The notes under the pieces were generated by a model. That model saw nothing but the letters and a program-made list of their open reading frames with translations. It was not told the origin of the DNA and did not search any database. This document shows, piece after piece, positions 9,760 to 19,952 of a stretch of 64,000 nt of DNA. Numbering within the stretch: the stretch's first letter is position 1; every line of letters starts with the position of its first letter. Source of the stretch: Candidatus Multivoradales bacterium (GTDB lineage: Bacteria > Acidobacteriota > Thermoanaerobaculia > Multivoradales > J023); the NCBI GenBank assembly GCA_965248925.1, contig CBDFLE010000005.1, positions 96,001-160,000 of the forward strand, in the 5' to 3' direction. Position numbers and translations under genes: made by a program.

Positions 9760-10829
9760 GGCAGGCTGCTGCCCAGGTCTTTGGCGCCGGGCCAGCGTAG
9801 CTCGACCCGAGCCTCACCGAGCCGCTTGACGATCGGACGCTCGGCGACCGCCGAGGTGAGTACCGCGCGCCGGGCCAACTTGCCCACGGCGCTTAATTCG
9901 GCAACCACCCAAGCGCGGGGCACCGCCTGGCGATAGAGCAGGTAGGTCCGGCCGGCATCGATTTCGAAGCTGGGAGCGACCGTGCCTTTGCCGCCAACGA
10001 TCTCAGGCTGGGACCACTCACCGGCGGCAAACCGCGCGCTGTGCAGCCGGTAGTGGCCGGCGATATAGCCGCTCCAAGCGGCGACCGCGCTGCCGTCCGC
10101 CAAGGCCACCAGGCGTGGGGTGATGTCAGGCACCCGGTCGCCGTTGCCCAAGAGTCGCGGTGGGCTCCACCCCTGACTAGTGCGTCGGCTCCAGACGATC
10201 TCGTCGTCGTTGCCATCGAAGGCACTCCAAAGCAGCAGACACGAACCGTCGGTGAGCTGGGCTGTGGAGAGGGATAGCTGGCTGCCCGGCCCGGCGACGG
10301 CGACGGTCTCCACCGCGCTCCAGGCGTGACCCAGCCAACTCGCTGCCTTGACCGCTAGCTGGCGATCGTTGGCACCCTCGAGCCAAGCCATGCCGTGCAG
10401 GCCCTTGCCGTCGGCTGCCAGCACCGCGGAGCGTAGCTCGGCGGTGTCAATCGGCGGCGTTGGTAGTTCCCAGCTAGTGGTTGCGTCGCCGCGCAGCACT
10501 GTCAAGGTGGGACGCCTCGAGGAGCGATCAATGGCCGTCGCCAACCAGCTGTCGACGGTACCGGCAAAATCACTCAGTTGGGCCTCTGCCGTCAAATCGA
10601 GCAGCTGCTGCTGACCCTTGGCGTTGGCAATCTGGTGCCCCTCAGCCGATCGGGTCCAAAGCCAACTGCCGCCGCGAGCGCTGCGCGCCTCGGCCAGACA
10701 AGCCGTGCTGAGCAGCAAGAAAGCGACTGAGAAAATTGATCCGACAGCCAGTCGTCGCAGGTTCGGCTGCTGATTTCCAGCCGGTGAATGGTAGCTATCG
10801 CGGAGGTTGCCTTGGAAGTTAGTACCCAT
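9738..10829 (-). CDS. Hypothetical exported beta-rich protein
   Basis: Long ORF with a hydrophobic signal-like segment and W-S..E/P repeats. Start uncertain. Confidence 0.55.
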   Translation of the reverse strand: MGTNFQGNLRDSYHSPAGNQQPNLRRLAVGSIFSVAFLLLSTACLAEARSARGGSWLWTRSAEGHQIANAKGQQQLLDLTAEAQLSDFAGTVDSWLATAIDRSSRRPTLTVLRGDATTSWELPTPPIDTAELRSAVLAADGKGLHGMAWLEGANDRQLAVKAASWLGHAWSAVETVAVAGPGSQLSLSTAQLTDGSCLLLWSAFDGNDDEIVWSRRTSQGWSPPRLLGNGDRVPDITPRLVALADGSAVAAWSGYIAGHYRLHSARFAAGEWSQPEIVGGKGTVAPSFEIDAGRTYLLYRQAVPRAWVVAELSAVGKLARRAVLTSAVAERPIVKRLGEARVELRWPGAKDLGSSLPWHADSP

Positions 10830-10934
10830 CCTGAGATCCTACGTTCGCTGTGGAAAGTCTGTCAAACGATTTGCGTCGATCGAAGAGATGGCATGGAGGT
10901 TGCCGAGACTCCCGTGCGGCCCTATGATCCTGCG

Positions 10935-12188
10935 ATGGATGCTGCAATTCTCGCGGTGGGCTCCGAATTGCTCGGCCCGATCCGTCTCGACACGAATTCC
11001 CTGCGCTTGACCGCGGTGTTGGAACGCTACGGCGTCGAGTTGCGGCGCAAGGCGGTGGTTGGCGATCAACTCGAGACGCTGGCCGGTGAGCTGCAGCGAC
11101 TGGCGGCAGGCCACGACTTGGTGCTAGTCACCGGCGGCCTGGGGCCGACTGCTGATGACCTCACCCGGCAGGCAGTGGCGCTGGCTTTCGGCCGCCAGCT
11201 GACCGAGGATCCGGCTTTGGTGGAGCATCTAGAACGGCGCTTCGCCAAGTTTGGCCGGCCGATGCCGGCGGTCAACCGGCGCCAAGGCGAACGCATCGAA
11301 GGCGGCCGGCTGATCGATAATTCCTGCGGTTCGGCCCCCGGCTGGCAGCTCGAAACCGAGCGCGCGACAGTGTTTTTGTTTCCCGGCGTGCCGAGCGAGG
11401 CCGAAGCTATGGTCGCCAACGCCCTTGAACCCTGGTTGGCCGAGCGCTCGTCCCCGGATGCCGCCGTCGAGCGTCGCATGGTGAAGATCGCCGGCAGCGT
11501 CGAGTCCGATATCGAGCAGTGTTTGGCGCCCCTCTATGAACGCTTTGGCAGCGATGCGGTGGCGGTGTTGGCCTCTCCTGGCGAGGTTCGGGTCGAGGTG
11601 CGAGCCAGCGGCCCGGCCGCTGCGCGGCGGCGGCAGCTCGATGCGATGGGCGCGGTACTCGAGGAATTGTTGGGTCAGCGGGCGTTCACGCGGCGGCCTG
11701 AGCAAAGCTTGGAAGAGGTAGTTGCCGAGCTGCTGATCGGGGGGCGGCAGACCTTGACCACCGCCGAGTCTTGTTCCGGCGGTTTGGTCGCCGAGCGGCT
11801 CACGAGGGTGGCGGGCAGCAGCGCTTTCTTCCTCGGCGGCGTCGTGGCCTATTCTTACGGGATGAAAACCGCGTTGCTAGGGATCTCGCCCACCTTGATG
11901 GAGCGCTATGGGGCGGTCAGTGAACAGGTCTGCCGGGCGCTGGCCAGCGGCGTTCGGGAGCGCTACGGCAGCGACTTTGGTATCGGCATCACCGGCATCG
12001 CCGGCCCTGGAGGGGCCACCGCGGAAAAGCCGGTTGGCACCGTCCACATCGCCTTGGCGGGACCGGGTTCAGGCGATCTAGAGCACCAGCAGTTGCGCTT
12101 GGCGGGCGATCGCCAGCGAGTGCGCTGGAATACCTCACAAAGTGTTTTGGAGCGGCTTCGTCTTCGCCTTTTGGCGTTGGCGGACTGA
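10935..12188 (+). CDS. cinA: CinA family competence/damage-inducible protein (NMN deamidase)
   Basis: AVGSELL…DTN, TGGLGPT.DDLT, LFPGVP.E, TAESCSGG, GITGIAGPGG…KPVGTV. Confidence 0.92.
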   Translation: MDAAILAVGSELLGPIRLDTNSLRLTAVLERYGVELRRKAVVGDQLETLAGELQRLAAGHDLVLVTGGLGPTADDLTRQAVALAFGRQLTEDPALVEHLERRFAKFGRPMPAVNRRQGERIEGGRLIDNSCGSAPGWQLETERATVFLFPGVPSEAEAMVANALEPWLAERSSPDAAVERRMVKIAGSVESDIEQCLAPLYERFGSDAVAVLASPGEVRVEVRASGPAAARRRQLDAMGAVLEELLGQRAFTRRPEQSLEEVVAELLIGGRQTLTTAESCSGGLVAERLTRVAGSSAFFLGGVVAYSYGMKTALLGISPTLMERYGAVSEQVCRALASGVRERYGSDFGIGITGIAGPGGATAEKPVGTVHIALAGPGSGDLEHQQLRLAGDRQRVRWNTSQSVLERLRLRLLALAD

Positions 12189-12205
12189 GGTCTGGGAGCA
12201 GTGCT

Positions 12206-12838
12206 ATGTGGCAGTGGCCCGCTTTGATCGTCGGCGCCTATTTGCTGGGATCAGTGTCTTGTAGCGTGCTCTTAACCCGCGCCTTGATCGGCCGTGACCT
12301 GCGCCGCTTGGGCAGTGGCAATGCAGGTGCTACCAATGTCTTGCGCACGGTGGGATTGTGGCCAGCTCTGTGGGTGCTGGCGGCCGATATCGGCAAAGGG
12401 GCGCTGGTGGTGGTAGCGAGTCGCTGGCTGGTAGCGCCGGGTTGGGCGATCGGCAGTGCGGCGGTGGCGGTGGTGGTTGGGCATATGTTGCCGATCTACC
12501 ATGGTCTGCGCGGCGGCAAGGGGGTGGCGACAGCCGCCGGAGTAATGTTCATGTTGGCTCCGCTGGCCAGCCTGCTCAGCTTGCTGCTCTTTGTCGTCAT
12601 CACCCTCGGCACGCGCTTCGTGGCGTTGGGTTCGGTGGTTGCAGTCGCTAGTTTTCCGCTTCTGGCCTGGTTGGCCGGACGGTTGGCTTGGAGCGCGGTA
12701 CCGCCGCGGTGGTTGCTGCTCGCGGCATGGGTGATTGGCTTGTTGATCGTGATCAAGCACGTCGAGAATGGGCGGCGAATCTGGCGTGGAACAGAGTGGA
12801 AGCTGGGTGACCCACGGGGTCCGGAGGAGGCGAGATGA
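12206..12838 (+). CDS. plsY: Glycerol-3-phosphate acyltransferase PlsY
   Basis: YLLGS, GSGNAGATNVLR, D..KG, GH..P…GGKGVAT, H..N. Confidence 0.93.
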   Translation: MWQWPALIVGAYLLGSVSCSVLLTRALIGRDLRRLGSGNAGATNVLRTVGLWPALWVLAADIGKGALVVVASRWLVAPGWAIGSAAVAVVVGHMLPIYHGLRGGKGVATAAGVMFMLAPLASLLSLLLFVVITLGTRFVALGSVVAVASFPLLAWLAGRLAWSAVPPRWLLLAAWVIGLLIVIKHVENGRRIWRGTEWKLGDPRGPEEAR

Positions 12839-13848
12839 CGGCTATTGGAGTGCTAGGAGCGGGTTCTTGGGGGACTGCCTTGGCGGTTCACCTGGCGGAT
12901 AGCGGTCGCCAAGTAGTGCAATGGGCGCGGCGATCCGAGTTCGCGGACCAATTGCAACGAGAGCGCTGCAATCGCAACTATCTCGAAGGCATCGACTTTC
13001 CCGACAGCTTGCGAGTGACCCGTGAGTTTGCCGAGCTGGCCGCCTGTGAAGTGGTGCTGGTGGTGGTGCCGTCGCACGGTTTTCGCGAGGTGGTGAAAAA
13101 TTTTCTCAAAGTGGTGCCGCGGCATCAGCAGCCGATCTTGGTATCGGCCACCAAGGGTATCGAGACCGAGAGCTTGGCGCGGATGAGTGAAGTGACTTTC
13201 GAAGAAGCGGTGGCGGCGGATCGTGAGCTGCCTTTCGCGGTCCTGGCGGGCCCAAGTTTCGCTGCCGAGCTGGCCGCCGGCATGCCGACCGTGGCGGTGG
13301 TCGGAAGTCGTGATGGCGAGTTGGGTAGCCGCTTGCGCAGCGAATTGTCGACCTCTACCTTCAGGCTCTACTCGACCACCGATGTGGTCGGGGTCGAGTT
13401 AGGGGGGACGACCAAGAACGTGGTGGCGATCGCTGCCGGCGTAGTCAGCGGCTTGGGCTTGGGGCACAACACCCTGGCGGCACTACTCACCCGTGGATTG
13501 CACGAGATCACCCGCTTGGGGGTGGCTTATGGCGGCCAATCACGCACTCTGTCGGGCTTGGCCGGTATGGGCGACCTGGTGCTGACTTGCACCGGAGGGC
13601 TGTCTCGCAACCGACGCCTGGGGTTAGAATTGGCGGCGGGCAAGACCTTGGAAGAGATTACTGGCTCCTCGCCGATGGTTGCTGAGGGAGTGCGAAATTC
13701 GCTGGCAGTGGCGCGCATGGCCGAGCGTCGTGGAGTGGAGATGCCGATCACTGAACAGATGGTCGAAGTGCTCTACCGCGACAAGTCGCCGCGGCAAGTG
13801 ATCGCCGATCTGATGAGCCGTGATCTGCGATCGGAGGCCGAGTTCTAA
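12835..13848 (+). CDS. gpsA: NAD(P)H-dependent glycerol-3-phosphate dehydrogenase
   Basis: GAGSWGTALA, KGIE, GPSFA.E, KNVVAIAAG, GDLVLTC…SRNR. Confidence 0.95.
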   Translation: MTAIGVLGAGSWGTALAVHLADSGRQVVQWARRSEFADQLQRERCNRNYLEGIDFPDSLRVTREFAELAACEVVLVVVPSHGFREVVKNFLKVVPRHQQPILVSATKGIETESLARMSEVTFEEAVAADRELPFAVLAGPSFAAELAAGMPTVAVVGSRDGELGSRLRSELSTSTFRLYSTTDVVGVELGGTTKNVVAIAAGVVSGLGLGHNTLAALLTRGLHEITRLGVAYGGQSRTLSGLAGMGDLVLTCTGGLSRNRRLGLELAAGKTLEEITGSSPMVAEGVRNSLAVARMAERRGVEMPITEQMVEVLYRDKSPRQVIADLMSRDLRSEAEF

Positions 13849-13971
13849 CTGGCCTCGGGGGAGGCAGCGAGGGTAGAATCATCCCCTCTCCGGGCCATCC
13901 TGCTCGCCGCGGAGGTCCATCCCGAGATCTCCGGGCCGAAGAACCCTCAAGACCCAGGAACCATCTAGCTC

Positions 13972-15516
13972 ATGGCGCAGCACCAGACCTTTCTGATTCT
14001 AGACTTCGGTAGTCAGTTCACCCAGATTATTGCTCGCCGCCTGCGCGAGGTGGGGGTGTACTGCGAGATTCACCCTCACGATTTGGCCGCGGAGGAGATC
14101 CGGCAGCGCCAGCCGCTAGGCCTGATTTTTTCTGGCGGGCCGCAGAGCGTGCTCGCGGCAGAGGCGCCGCAGGTCGAACAGGAGGTGCTCGAACTCGGCA
14201 TCCCAACCCTGGGCATCTGCTACGGCATGCAGCTGTTGGCCCAACGCCTGGGTGGGCGGGTGGAGCCGGGAAGCGAGCGCGAGTACGGTCGGGCTGAGAT
14301 CGACATCGCTAATCCAGGCAAGCTCCTGGCCGGCCTCGATCGCCGGCAGACGGTGTGGATGAGCCATGGCGATTCGATCCTCGAGCCGCCCTCTGGCTTT
14401 GCCGTCTGCGCGGCTAGCGAGGGGGTGCCGGTGGTGGCTTTCGAGGCGCCGGAGCGGGGTTTTTATGGGCTGCAATTCCATCCCGAAGTTTCCCATACTC
14501 CAGCCGGGTTGCAGATGCTGCGCAACTTCGCTTTTGCCATCTGTGGTGCTAGCGGCGATTGGAGCATGGCCTCGTTTATCGACGAGACGATCGCCGGCAT
14601 TCGTCAGCGGGTTGGTGGCGAGGGACGGGTGCTGTGCGCGGTCTCCGGCGGTGTCGACTCGTCGGTGATGGCATCACTGATGCACCGCGCCATCGGCGGT
14701 CGCTTGACGGCGATGTTCATCGACAACGGGCTGCTGCGCCAAGGCGAGGCAGCGCAAGTGGTGGTCAGTCTCGAAGCGGGGCTGGGGGTGCCGGTGACCA
14801 GTATCGACGCTTCGCGGGAGTTTCTTGCCGCTCTAGCTGGTATCGGCGATCCGGAGGTCAAGCGGCGGATTATCGGTCGCATGTTCATCGAGGTTTTCGA
14901 GCAGCAAGCCGGCGAACTCGAGGACATCGGCTTCTTGGCCCAAGGCACTCTTTATCCGGACGTCATCGAATCCGAGTCGGTCAAGGGACCCTCTTCGGTG
15001 ATTAAGACCCATCACAATGTCGGCGGTCTGCCCGAACGTCTAGGCTTCGAGCTGATCGAGCCTCTCCGGCTGCTGTTCAAGGACGAAGTCCGGCAACTCG
15101 GTCGCGAACTCGGCCTGAGCGAGGAGCTGCTCGGTAGGCACCCTTTCCCGGGACCGGGTTTGGGGGTGCGAATCCTTGGCGAGGTCTCCGCCGCGCGGGT
15201 TGCGGTGCTGCAGAAGGCGGACCATATCTTTATCAGCGAACTGCGGCAGCAGGGCCTCTACGACGGCGTCAGCCAAGCGTTGGCGGTGCTGCTGCCGGTG
15301 CGCTCGGTGGGGGTGATGGGCGATGAACGCACCTACGAGAACGTGGTGGCCTTGCGCTCGGTGGATACTGACGATTTCATGACCGCCGACTGGAGCCCGT
15401 TGCCGCATGAGTTCCTTGGCCGAGTGGCGAATCGCATCGTCAATGAGGTGCCGGGCATCAATCGCGTAGTCTACGATATTACTTCTAAGCCTCCTGGCAC
15501 GATCGAGTGGGAGTAA
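13972..15516 (+). CDS. guaA: GMP synthase (glutamine-hydrolysing)
   Basis: LDFGSQFT, GICYGMQ, QFHPEV, SGGVDS, KTHHNVGGLP, SKPPGTIEWE. Confidence 0.97.
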   Translation: MAQHQTFLILDFGSQFTQIIARRLREVGVYCEIHPHDLAAEEIRQRQPLGLIFSGGPQSVLAAEAPQVEQEVLELGIPTLGICYGMQLLAQRLGGRVEPGSEREYGRAEIDIANPGKLLAGLDRRQTVWMSHGDSILEPPSGFAVCAASEGVPVVAFEAPERGFYGLQFHPEVSHTPAGLQMLRNFAFAICGASGDWSMASFIDETIAGIRQRVGGEGRVLCAVSGGVDSSVMASLMHRAIGGRLTAMFIDNGLLRQGEAAQVVVSLEAGLGVPVTSIDASREFLAALAGIGDPEVKRRIIGRMFIEVFEQQAGELEDIGFLAQGTLYPDVIESESVKGPSSVIKTHHNVGGLPERLGFELIEPLRLLFKDEVRQLGRELGLSEELLGRHPFPGPGLGVRILGEVSAARVAVLQKADHIFISELRQQGLYDGVSQALAVLLPVRSVGVMGDERTYENVVALRSVDTDDFMTADWSPLPHEFLGRVANRIVNEVPGINRVVYDITSKPPGTIEWE

Positions 15517-15529
15517 GGAGCTTGCCGCG

Positions 15530-16327
15530 ATGATTTCCGAGCTGTTTAGTATTGGCCCACTGTCGATCAGTCCGTTTGGACCGATGTTGGTGCTAGCTTT
15601 CTTCGCCGCCTTTTGGCAATTGCGGCGCAACCTGCTGACCTACGGCATCGGCGACGATGAAGACGCCAGCGCGATTCTCTTCGCCGCTGGCCTGTGCGGG
15701 ATTTTAGGCGGCAAGATCTACTACGCGGCGCTCAACGGCGATCCGGCCTTGCTGCTCGACCGCGCGGGGATCGTCTGGTACGGCGGCTTCTTTGGCGGTT
15801 TGGTGGCGGCTTTGTGGGTCATCCGCCGCCGACGTTTGCCGGTCATGGCCACCGTCGACTGCGCTTTGCCTGCCCTGGCCCTGGGCTACGGCGTCGGCAG
15901 GATCGGTTGCTTCTTAGTTGGAGACGACTATGGCAAGCCCACCGATCTACCGTGGGGGATGGTGTTCAAGGAGGGCATTCCGCGTACCAATGGCTTTCAG
16001 CTGCGCTCGGTTTTCGGCCTCGACTTGCCGCCCGAGATTGGCGCCGACGATTGGGTGGCGGTGCACCCGACCCAACTCTATGAAACGCTGATCGCAGTCG
16101 GTATCTGGTTGCTGCTGATCAAATTGCTGGCTCGCCGACCGGCGGTGGGCATGGTGACTTTCTGCGGTATCGCTCTGCTTGCTTTGGAGCGTTTCGGGGT
16201 TGAGTTCTTGCGCGCCAAAGACGATCGCTTCTTCGGCAGCCTGACCTTGGCTCAGGTGATCAGCTTGACCCTGATAGCGGTGGTGCTGTGGCCGATTTGG
16301 CGCCGCTACCGCGGTGTCGTGGAGTAA
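15530..16327 (+). CDS. lgt: Prolipoprotein diacylglyceryl transferase
   Basis: WYGG, GRIGCF..GDDYG, HPTQLYE, EFLR; multiple TM segments. Confidence 0.9.
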   Translation: MISELFSIGPLSISPFGPMLVLAFFAAFWQLRRNLLTYGIGDDEDASAILFAAGLCGILGGKIYYAALNGDPALLLDRAGIVWYGGFFGGLVAALWVIRRRRLPVMATVDCALPALALGYGVGRIGCFLVGDDYGKPTDLPWGMVFKEGIPRTNGFQLRSVFGLDLPPEIGADDWVAVHPTQLYETLIAVGIWLLLIKLLARRPAVGMVTFCGIALLALERFGVEFLRAKDDRFFGSLTLAQVISLTLIAVVLWPIWRRYRGVVE

Positions 16328-16333
16328 GGGCGG

Positions 16334-17167
16334 GTGGTAGCGGTCCGCAGACCGCCGCGAGTGCTGAGCATCGCCGGCTCGGATTCTAGCGGTGGCGCCG
16401 GCATTCAGGCCGACCTCAAGACCTTCGCCGCCCACGGGGTCTACGGCGCCACGGTGGTCACCGCGGTGACGGCGCAGCACACTCGTGGTGTCGACGCGGT
16501 GCATGTGCTGCCCGTCGAGTTGGTAGTGGCACAGTTCGATGCGGTGGTCTCTGACATTGGTTTTGAGGCAGTCAAGATCGGCATGTTGGCCAGCGTCGAG
16601 TTGGTGCGGGCGGTTGCCGCCGCCATCACTCGCCACCGCTTGCCCAACGTGGTGCTCGATCCAGTAATGGTGGCGACCAGCGGCGACCGACTACTGACCC
16701 AGGATGCCGAGCAGGCGCTGCGAGATGAGCTGCTGCCAGTGGCCGATCTGGTGACTCCCAACTTGCCAGAGGCCGCCCGGCTCAGTGGTTTGTCGGTAGA
16801 CGAGGAGGCGCAGTGTTTGGCCGCCGCGCGGGTGATCGCTCAGGCAGGTCCCGCGGTGCTACTCAAGGGTGGCCACGGGAGGGGGTCGGTGGTACGAGAT
16901 TTGTTGCTGGTCGAGAATCAAGAGTTGCATTTCGAGCATCCGCGGTTGCCAAGCCGCTCCACCCACGGCACCGGCTGCACTCTGTCGGCGGCGATCGCCG
17001 CGCGCCTGGCGGCGGGTCAGGGGATGGATCGGGCGGTCGCAGGAGCTCTCGACTACCTGCATGGCGCCATCGCCGCTGCTTACCCGATTGGCAAGGGGCG
17101 TGGGCCGGTGCATCATCTGCATGCCGGTTCTCCCATTTTTTCCCTAGAGATAGATAACCATGAGTGA
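16334..17167 (+). CDS. thiD: Hydroxymethylpyrimidine/phosphomethylpyrimidine kinase
   Basis: IAGSDSSGGAGIQADLKT, KIGML, DPVM, TPNLPEA, KGGH, HGTGCTLS. Confidence 0.95.
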   Translation: MVAVRRPPRVLSIAGSDSSGGAGIQADLKTFAAHGVYGATVVTAVTAQHTRGVDAVHVLPVELVVAQFDAVVSDIGFEAVKIGMLASVELVRAVAAAITRHRLPNVVLDPVMVATSGDRLLTQDAEQALRDELLPVADLVTPNLPEAARLSGLSVDEEAQCLAAARVIAQAGPAVLLKGGHGRGSVVRDLLLVENQELHFEHPRLPSRSTHGTGCTLSAAIAARLAAGQGMDRAVAGALDYLHGAIAAAYPIGKGRGPVHHLHAGSPIFSLEIDNHE

Positions 17168-18179
17168 GCCTGAACTAGATCTGCTAGTCATCGGTGCCGG
17201 CCCCACCGGTATCTCAATCGGCGCGGCGGCCCGCGCCGCCGGTTTCGAGGTGCTGCTGGTCGAACGCGGTCCGCTGTGCGGGGCAATGGTCGACTTTCCC
17301 ACTGACATGCGATTTTTCACCACGCGCGATCTATTGGAGATCGCTGGTGTGCCGTTCTCTATCCCAGATGAGAAGCCCAACCGGCGCCAAGCTCTGACCT
17401 ACTACCAAGGGGTAGTGCGCAGTCACGGTCTGTCTCTGGCGCTGTTCGAGGAGGTCGCGGATTGCCGCCGTCAAGACGGGGCCTTCACCGTCACCAGCCG
17501 AGGGGTCGATGGTCAACGGCAAAGGCGGGCTTGGGCGGTGGTGGTAGCGACCGGCTACTTCGGCCACCCGCGGCGGCTTGGGGTCGAGGGAGAAAATCAG
17601 GCCTGGGTGAGCCAGCGCTACCGCGAGCCCTACCCTCACTTTGCGCAGCGGGTGGCGGTGATCGGCGGCGGCAATTCGGCCTGTGAGACCGCTCTCGACC
17701 TGTGGCGCAACGGCGCTCGGGTCACTTTGATTCACCGCCGTCAAGTGGTCAAGCCGTCGATCAAATACTGGCTGCGACCGGATATCGAGAACCGGATCGA
17801 GGAGGGCTCTATCGACGGCTTGTTCGAGACTCGGGTCGAGACCTTCGCCGACCATCGACTAGAGCTGTGTCATGCAGGCGGGCGGCGTAGTTCCTTGGCG
17901 GTGGATGCGGCCTATGTGTTGATTGGCTATTTGCCGGATGTCGAGTTGCAGCGCCGCTTTGGCATCGAGATCGATCCCGAGTCCCTGGTGCCGACGGTCG
18001 ATCCGCGGACCTGCCAATCGAACATACCGGGTCTCTACATCGCCGGTACGTTGCAGGCGGGCCGCGACACCGGCAAGATCTTCATCGAGAATTCCCGCGA
18101 CCATGGCGCCCGCATCGTCGCCCACTTGATCGCTCAGCGCGCCAAGGGAGCTGGGGTTGCCGTTCCGCGTACCGTATAA
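17160..18179 (+). CDS. YpdA-family FAD-dependent (bacillithiol-type) disulfide reductase
   Basis: IGAGPTG, FPT.M.FF, KP.R..AL.YY, GGGNSA, IFIENSR.HG; no CxxC. Confidence 0.8.
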   Translation: MSEPELDLLVIGAGPTGISIGAAARAAGFEVLLVERGPLCGAMVDFPTDMRFFTTRDLLEIAGVPFSIPDEKPNRRQALTYYQGVVRSHGLSLALFEEVADCRRQDGAFTVTSRGVDGQRQRRAWAVVVATGYFGHPRRLGVEGENQAWVSQRYREPYPHFAQRVAVIGGGNSACETALDLWRNGARVTLIHRRQVVKPSIKYWLRPDIENRIEEGSIDGLFETRVETFADHRLELCHAGGRRSSLAVDAAYVLIGYLPDVELQRRFGIEIDPESLVPTVDPRTCQSNIPGLYIAGTLQAGRDTGKIFIENSRDHGARIVAHLIAQRAKGAGVAVPRTV

Positions 18180-18227
18180 TCTTCTGCCAAGTCCGGCGTA
18201 GCTAGCGACGTTGGACCGCAAGCGGAG

Positions 18228-19952
18228 ATGTTGATGAGAAGACTGTTGTTGCTGTTGCTGCTCGCTGCCCTGGTGGTTCCCCTGCAGGTAGTGGCCAAGA
18301 GCCCCGAGACCGAGGCCGTGGTCCCTGCCGCCGACTCGGCGGACGATGAGCTGGATATCTATCTTGAGTCGATCGATGTCAACGTGGTCAACGTCGAAGT
18401 CCATGTGACCGACAAGAAGGGCAAGCCGATCACCGGTTTGACCCGTGACGACTTCGAGCTGTTCGAAGACAAGCGGCCGGTGAGGATTACCAACTTCTTT
18501 GCCGTCGAGAATGGCGAAGCCAAGGGCGAGGATGCCCCCAAGGTCGAGACCGGTACCCAGACTCTAGGGCGCACCCGGCTGGATCAAGTGGCAGTGCCAG
18601 AGAGCCAGCAGCTGCACCTGATTGTCTATGTCGACAATTTTAATCTGCGGCCCTTCAACCGCAATCGGGCTTTCCGCGGCATCCGGGTCTTCCTGCGCGA
18701 AAACCTACAGCCGGAAGATCGCGTGATGCTGGTCACCTATGATCGCTCGCTCAAGGAGCGCCACCCTTTTACCACCGACAAGACACTGATCAGCTCGGTC
18801 TTGTTCGAACTCGAAAAGGTCACTGCTCACGGCTTGAGCGCCGACTCCGATCGCCGCGACATCCTCGACGCGATCTACGAGGAGCGCGAGAACCAAGACA
18901 GCTCGCGGGTGCGGGGGCGGGTGATCCAATACGCCCAATCGCTAGAAAACGATTTGCGCTTCAGTATCGACTCCCTCAAGCAGATGGTCGACACGCTGGC
19001 CGGGTTGCCAGGGCGAAAGGCGCTGCTCTACGTCAGCGACGGCCTACCGATGCGGGCCGGCGAGGACGCTTTCCACGCCATGAGCGACAAATATCAGGAG
19101 TCCAGCATCCTGATGGAGACCTTCCGTTTCGACTCCACCCGCTCGTTCCAAGAGATCACCGCTAAGGCCAACACCAACGGCGTCGTCTTCTATACCCTGG
19201 AGGCCGCCGGGCTGCGGACCTACTCCTACCTCGATGCCTCCAACGCCAACCTCAATGGTGGCGCCCAGATCGATCAAATCCACTTCTCCAACCTGCAGGC
19301 GCCCTTGTTTCTACTGGCGCAAGAGACTGGCGGCTTCGCCATCACCAACACCAACAACTTCGTGCCCATGCTGGCGCGGGTGGGTGCAGACTTCGACAAC
19401 TACTACTCGCTGGGGTACGAATCCGGCGACGCCGGCCTGGGGCGCTACCATCGTTTCAAGGTCAAGTTGAAAGGCGGGCACAAGGGGCTGCGGATCCGTT
19501 ACCGGGATGGCTACCGCGACAAGCCTGTAGAGGTGCGCATGGCCGACAGCACCATGGCGGCGCTGCATTTTGGCTATCAGCGTAATCTCCACGATGTGGT
19601 GCTCGAGTTCGGTTCCGGCACCCGGCGCAAAGACGGGCTCTTTCTGGTCTCCCTGAAGGTCCGCTTTCCTCTTGCCAAGTTGAGCTTCCTACCGACCTCG
19701 GACCAGCAGCACAGCCGGGTTCGGCTGTTCGTCGCCGCCAAAGACACCGACGGCGGCACGGCCGAGGTTTCCGAGGTGCCGGTACCCATCTCTATTCCCG
19801 CCATGGAATTCGAGTCGGCCCAGAGCAAGCACTATCAATACGAGATGACGCTGCTGATGAAGCGAGGCTCACAGGTGGTGGCGGTGGGTCTGCGGGATGA
19901 ACTTTCGTCCAGCACTTCGTTCGTCGCTCGCGGCGTGACGGTGGGTCAGTGA
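18228..19952 (+). CDS. Exported VWA-domain protein (acidobacterial VWFA type)
   Basis: Signal peptide; V.VTDKKG.PITGLT.DDF.LFED; GRKALLYVSDG; LA.ETGG; YYSLGY. Confidence 0.8.
   Translation: MLMRRLLLLLLLAALVVPLQVVAKSPETEAVVPAADSADDELDIYLESIDVNVVNVEVHVTDKKGKPITGLTRDDFELFEDKRPVRITNFFAVENGEAKGEDAPKVETGTQTLGRTRLDQVAVPESQQLHLIVYVDNFNLRPFNRNRAFRGIRVFLRENLQPEDRVMLVTYDRSLKERHPFTTDKTLISSVLFELEKVTAHGLSADSDRRDILDAIYEERENQDSSRVRGRVIQYAQSLENDLRFSIDSLKQMVDTLAGLPGRKALLYVSDGLPMRAGEDAFHAMSDKYQESSILMETFRFDSTRSFQEITAKANTNGVVFYTLEAAGLRTYSYLDASNANLNGGAQIDQIHFSNLQAPLFLLAQETGGFAITNTNNFVPMLARVGADFDNYYSLGYESGDAGLGRYHRFKVKLKGGHKGLRIRYRDGYRDKPVEVRMADSTMAALHFGYQRNLHDVVLEFGSGTRRKDGLFLVSLKVRFPLAKLSFLPTSDQQHSRVRLFVAAKDTDGGTAEVSEVPVPISIPAMEFESAQSKHYQYEMTLLMKRGSQVVAVGLRDELSSSTSFVARGVTVGQ

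Noticed and set aside
15480-15530. guaA 3' end as an integration hotspot
   Set aside because: guaA is followed directly by lgt, so the site is unoccupied.
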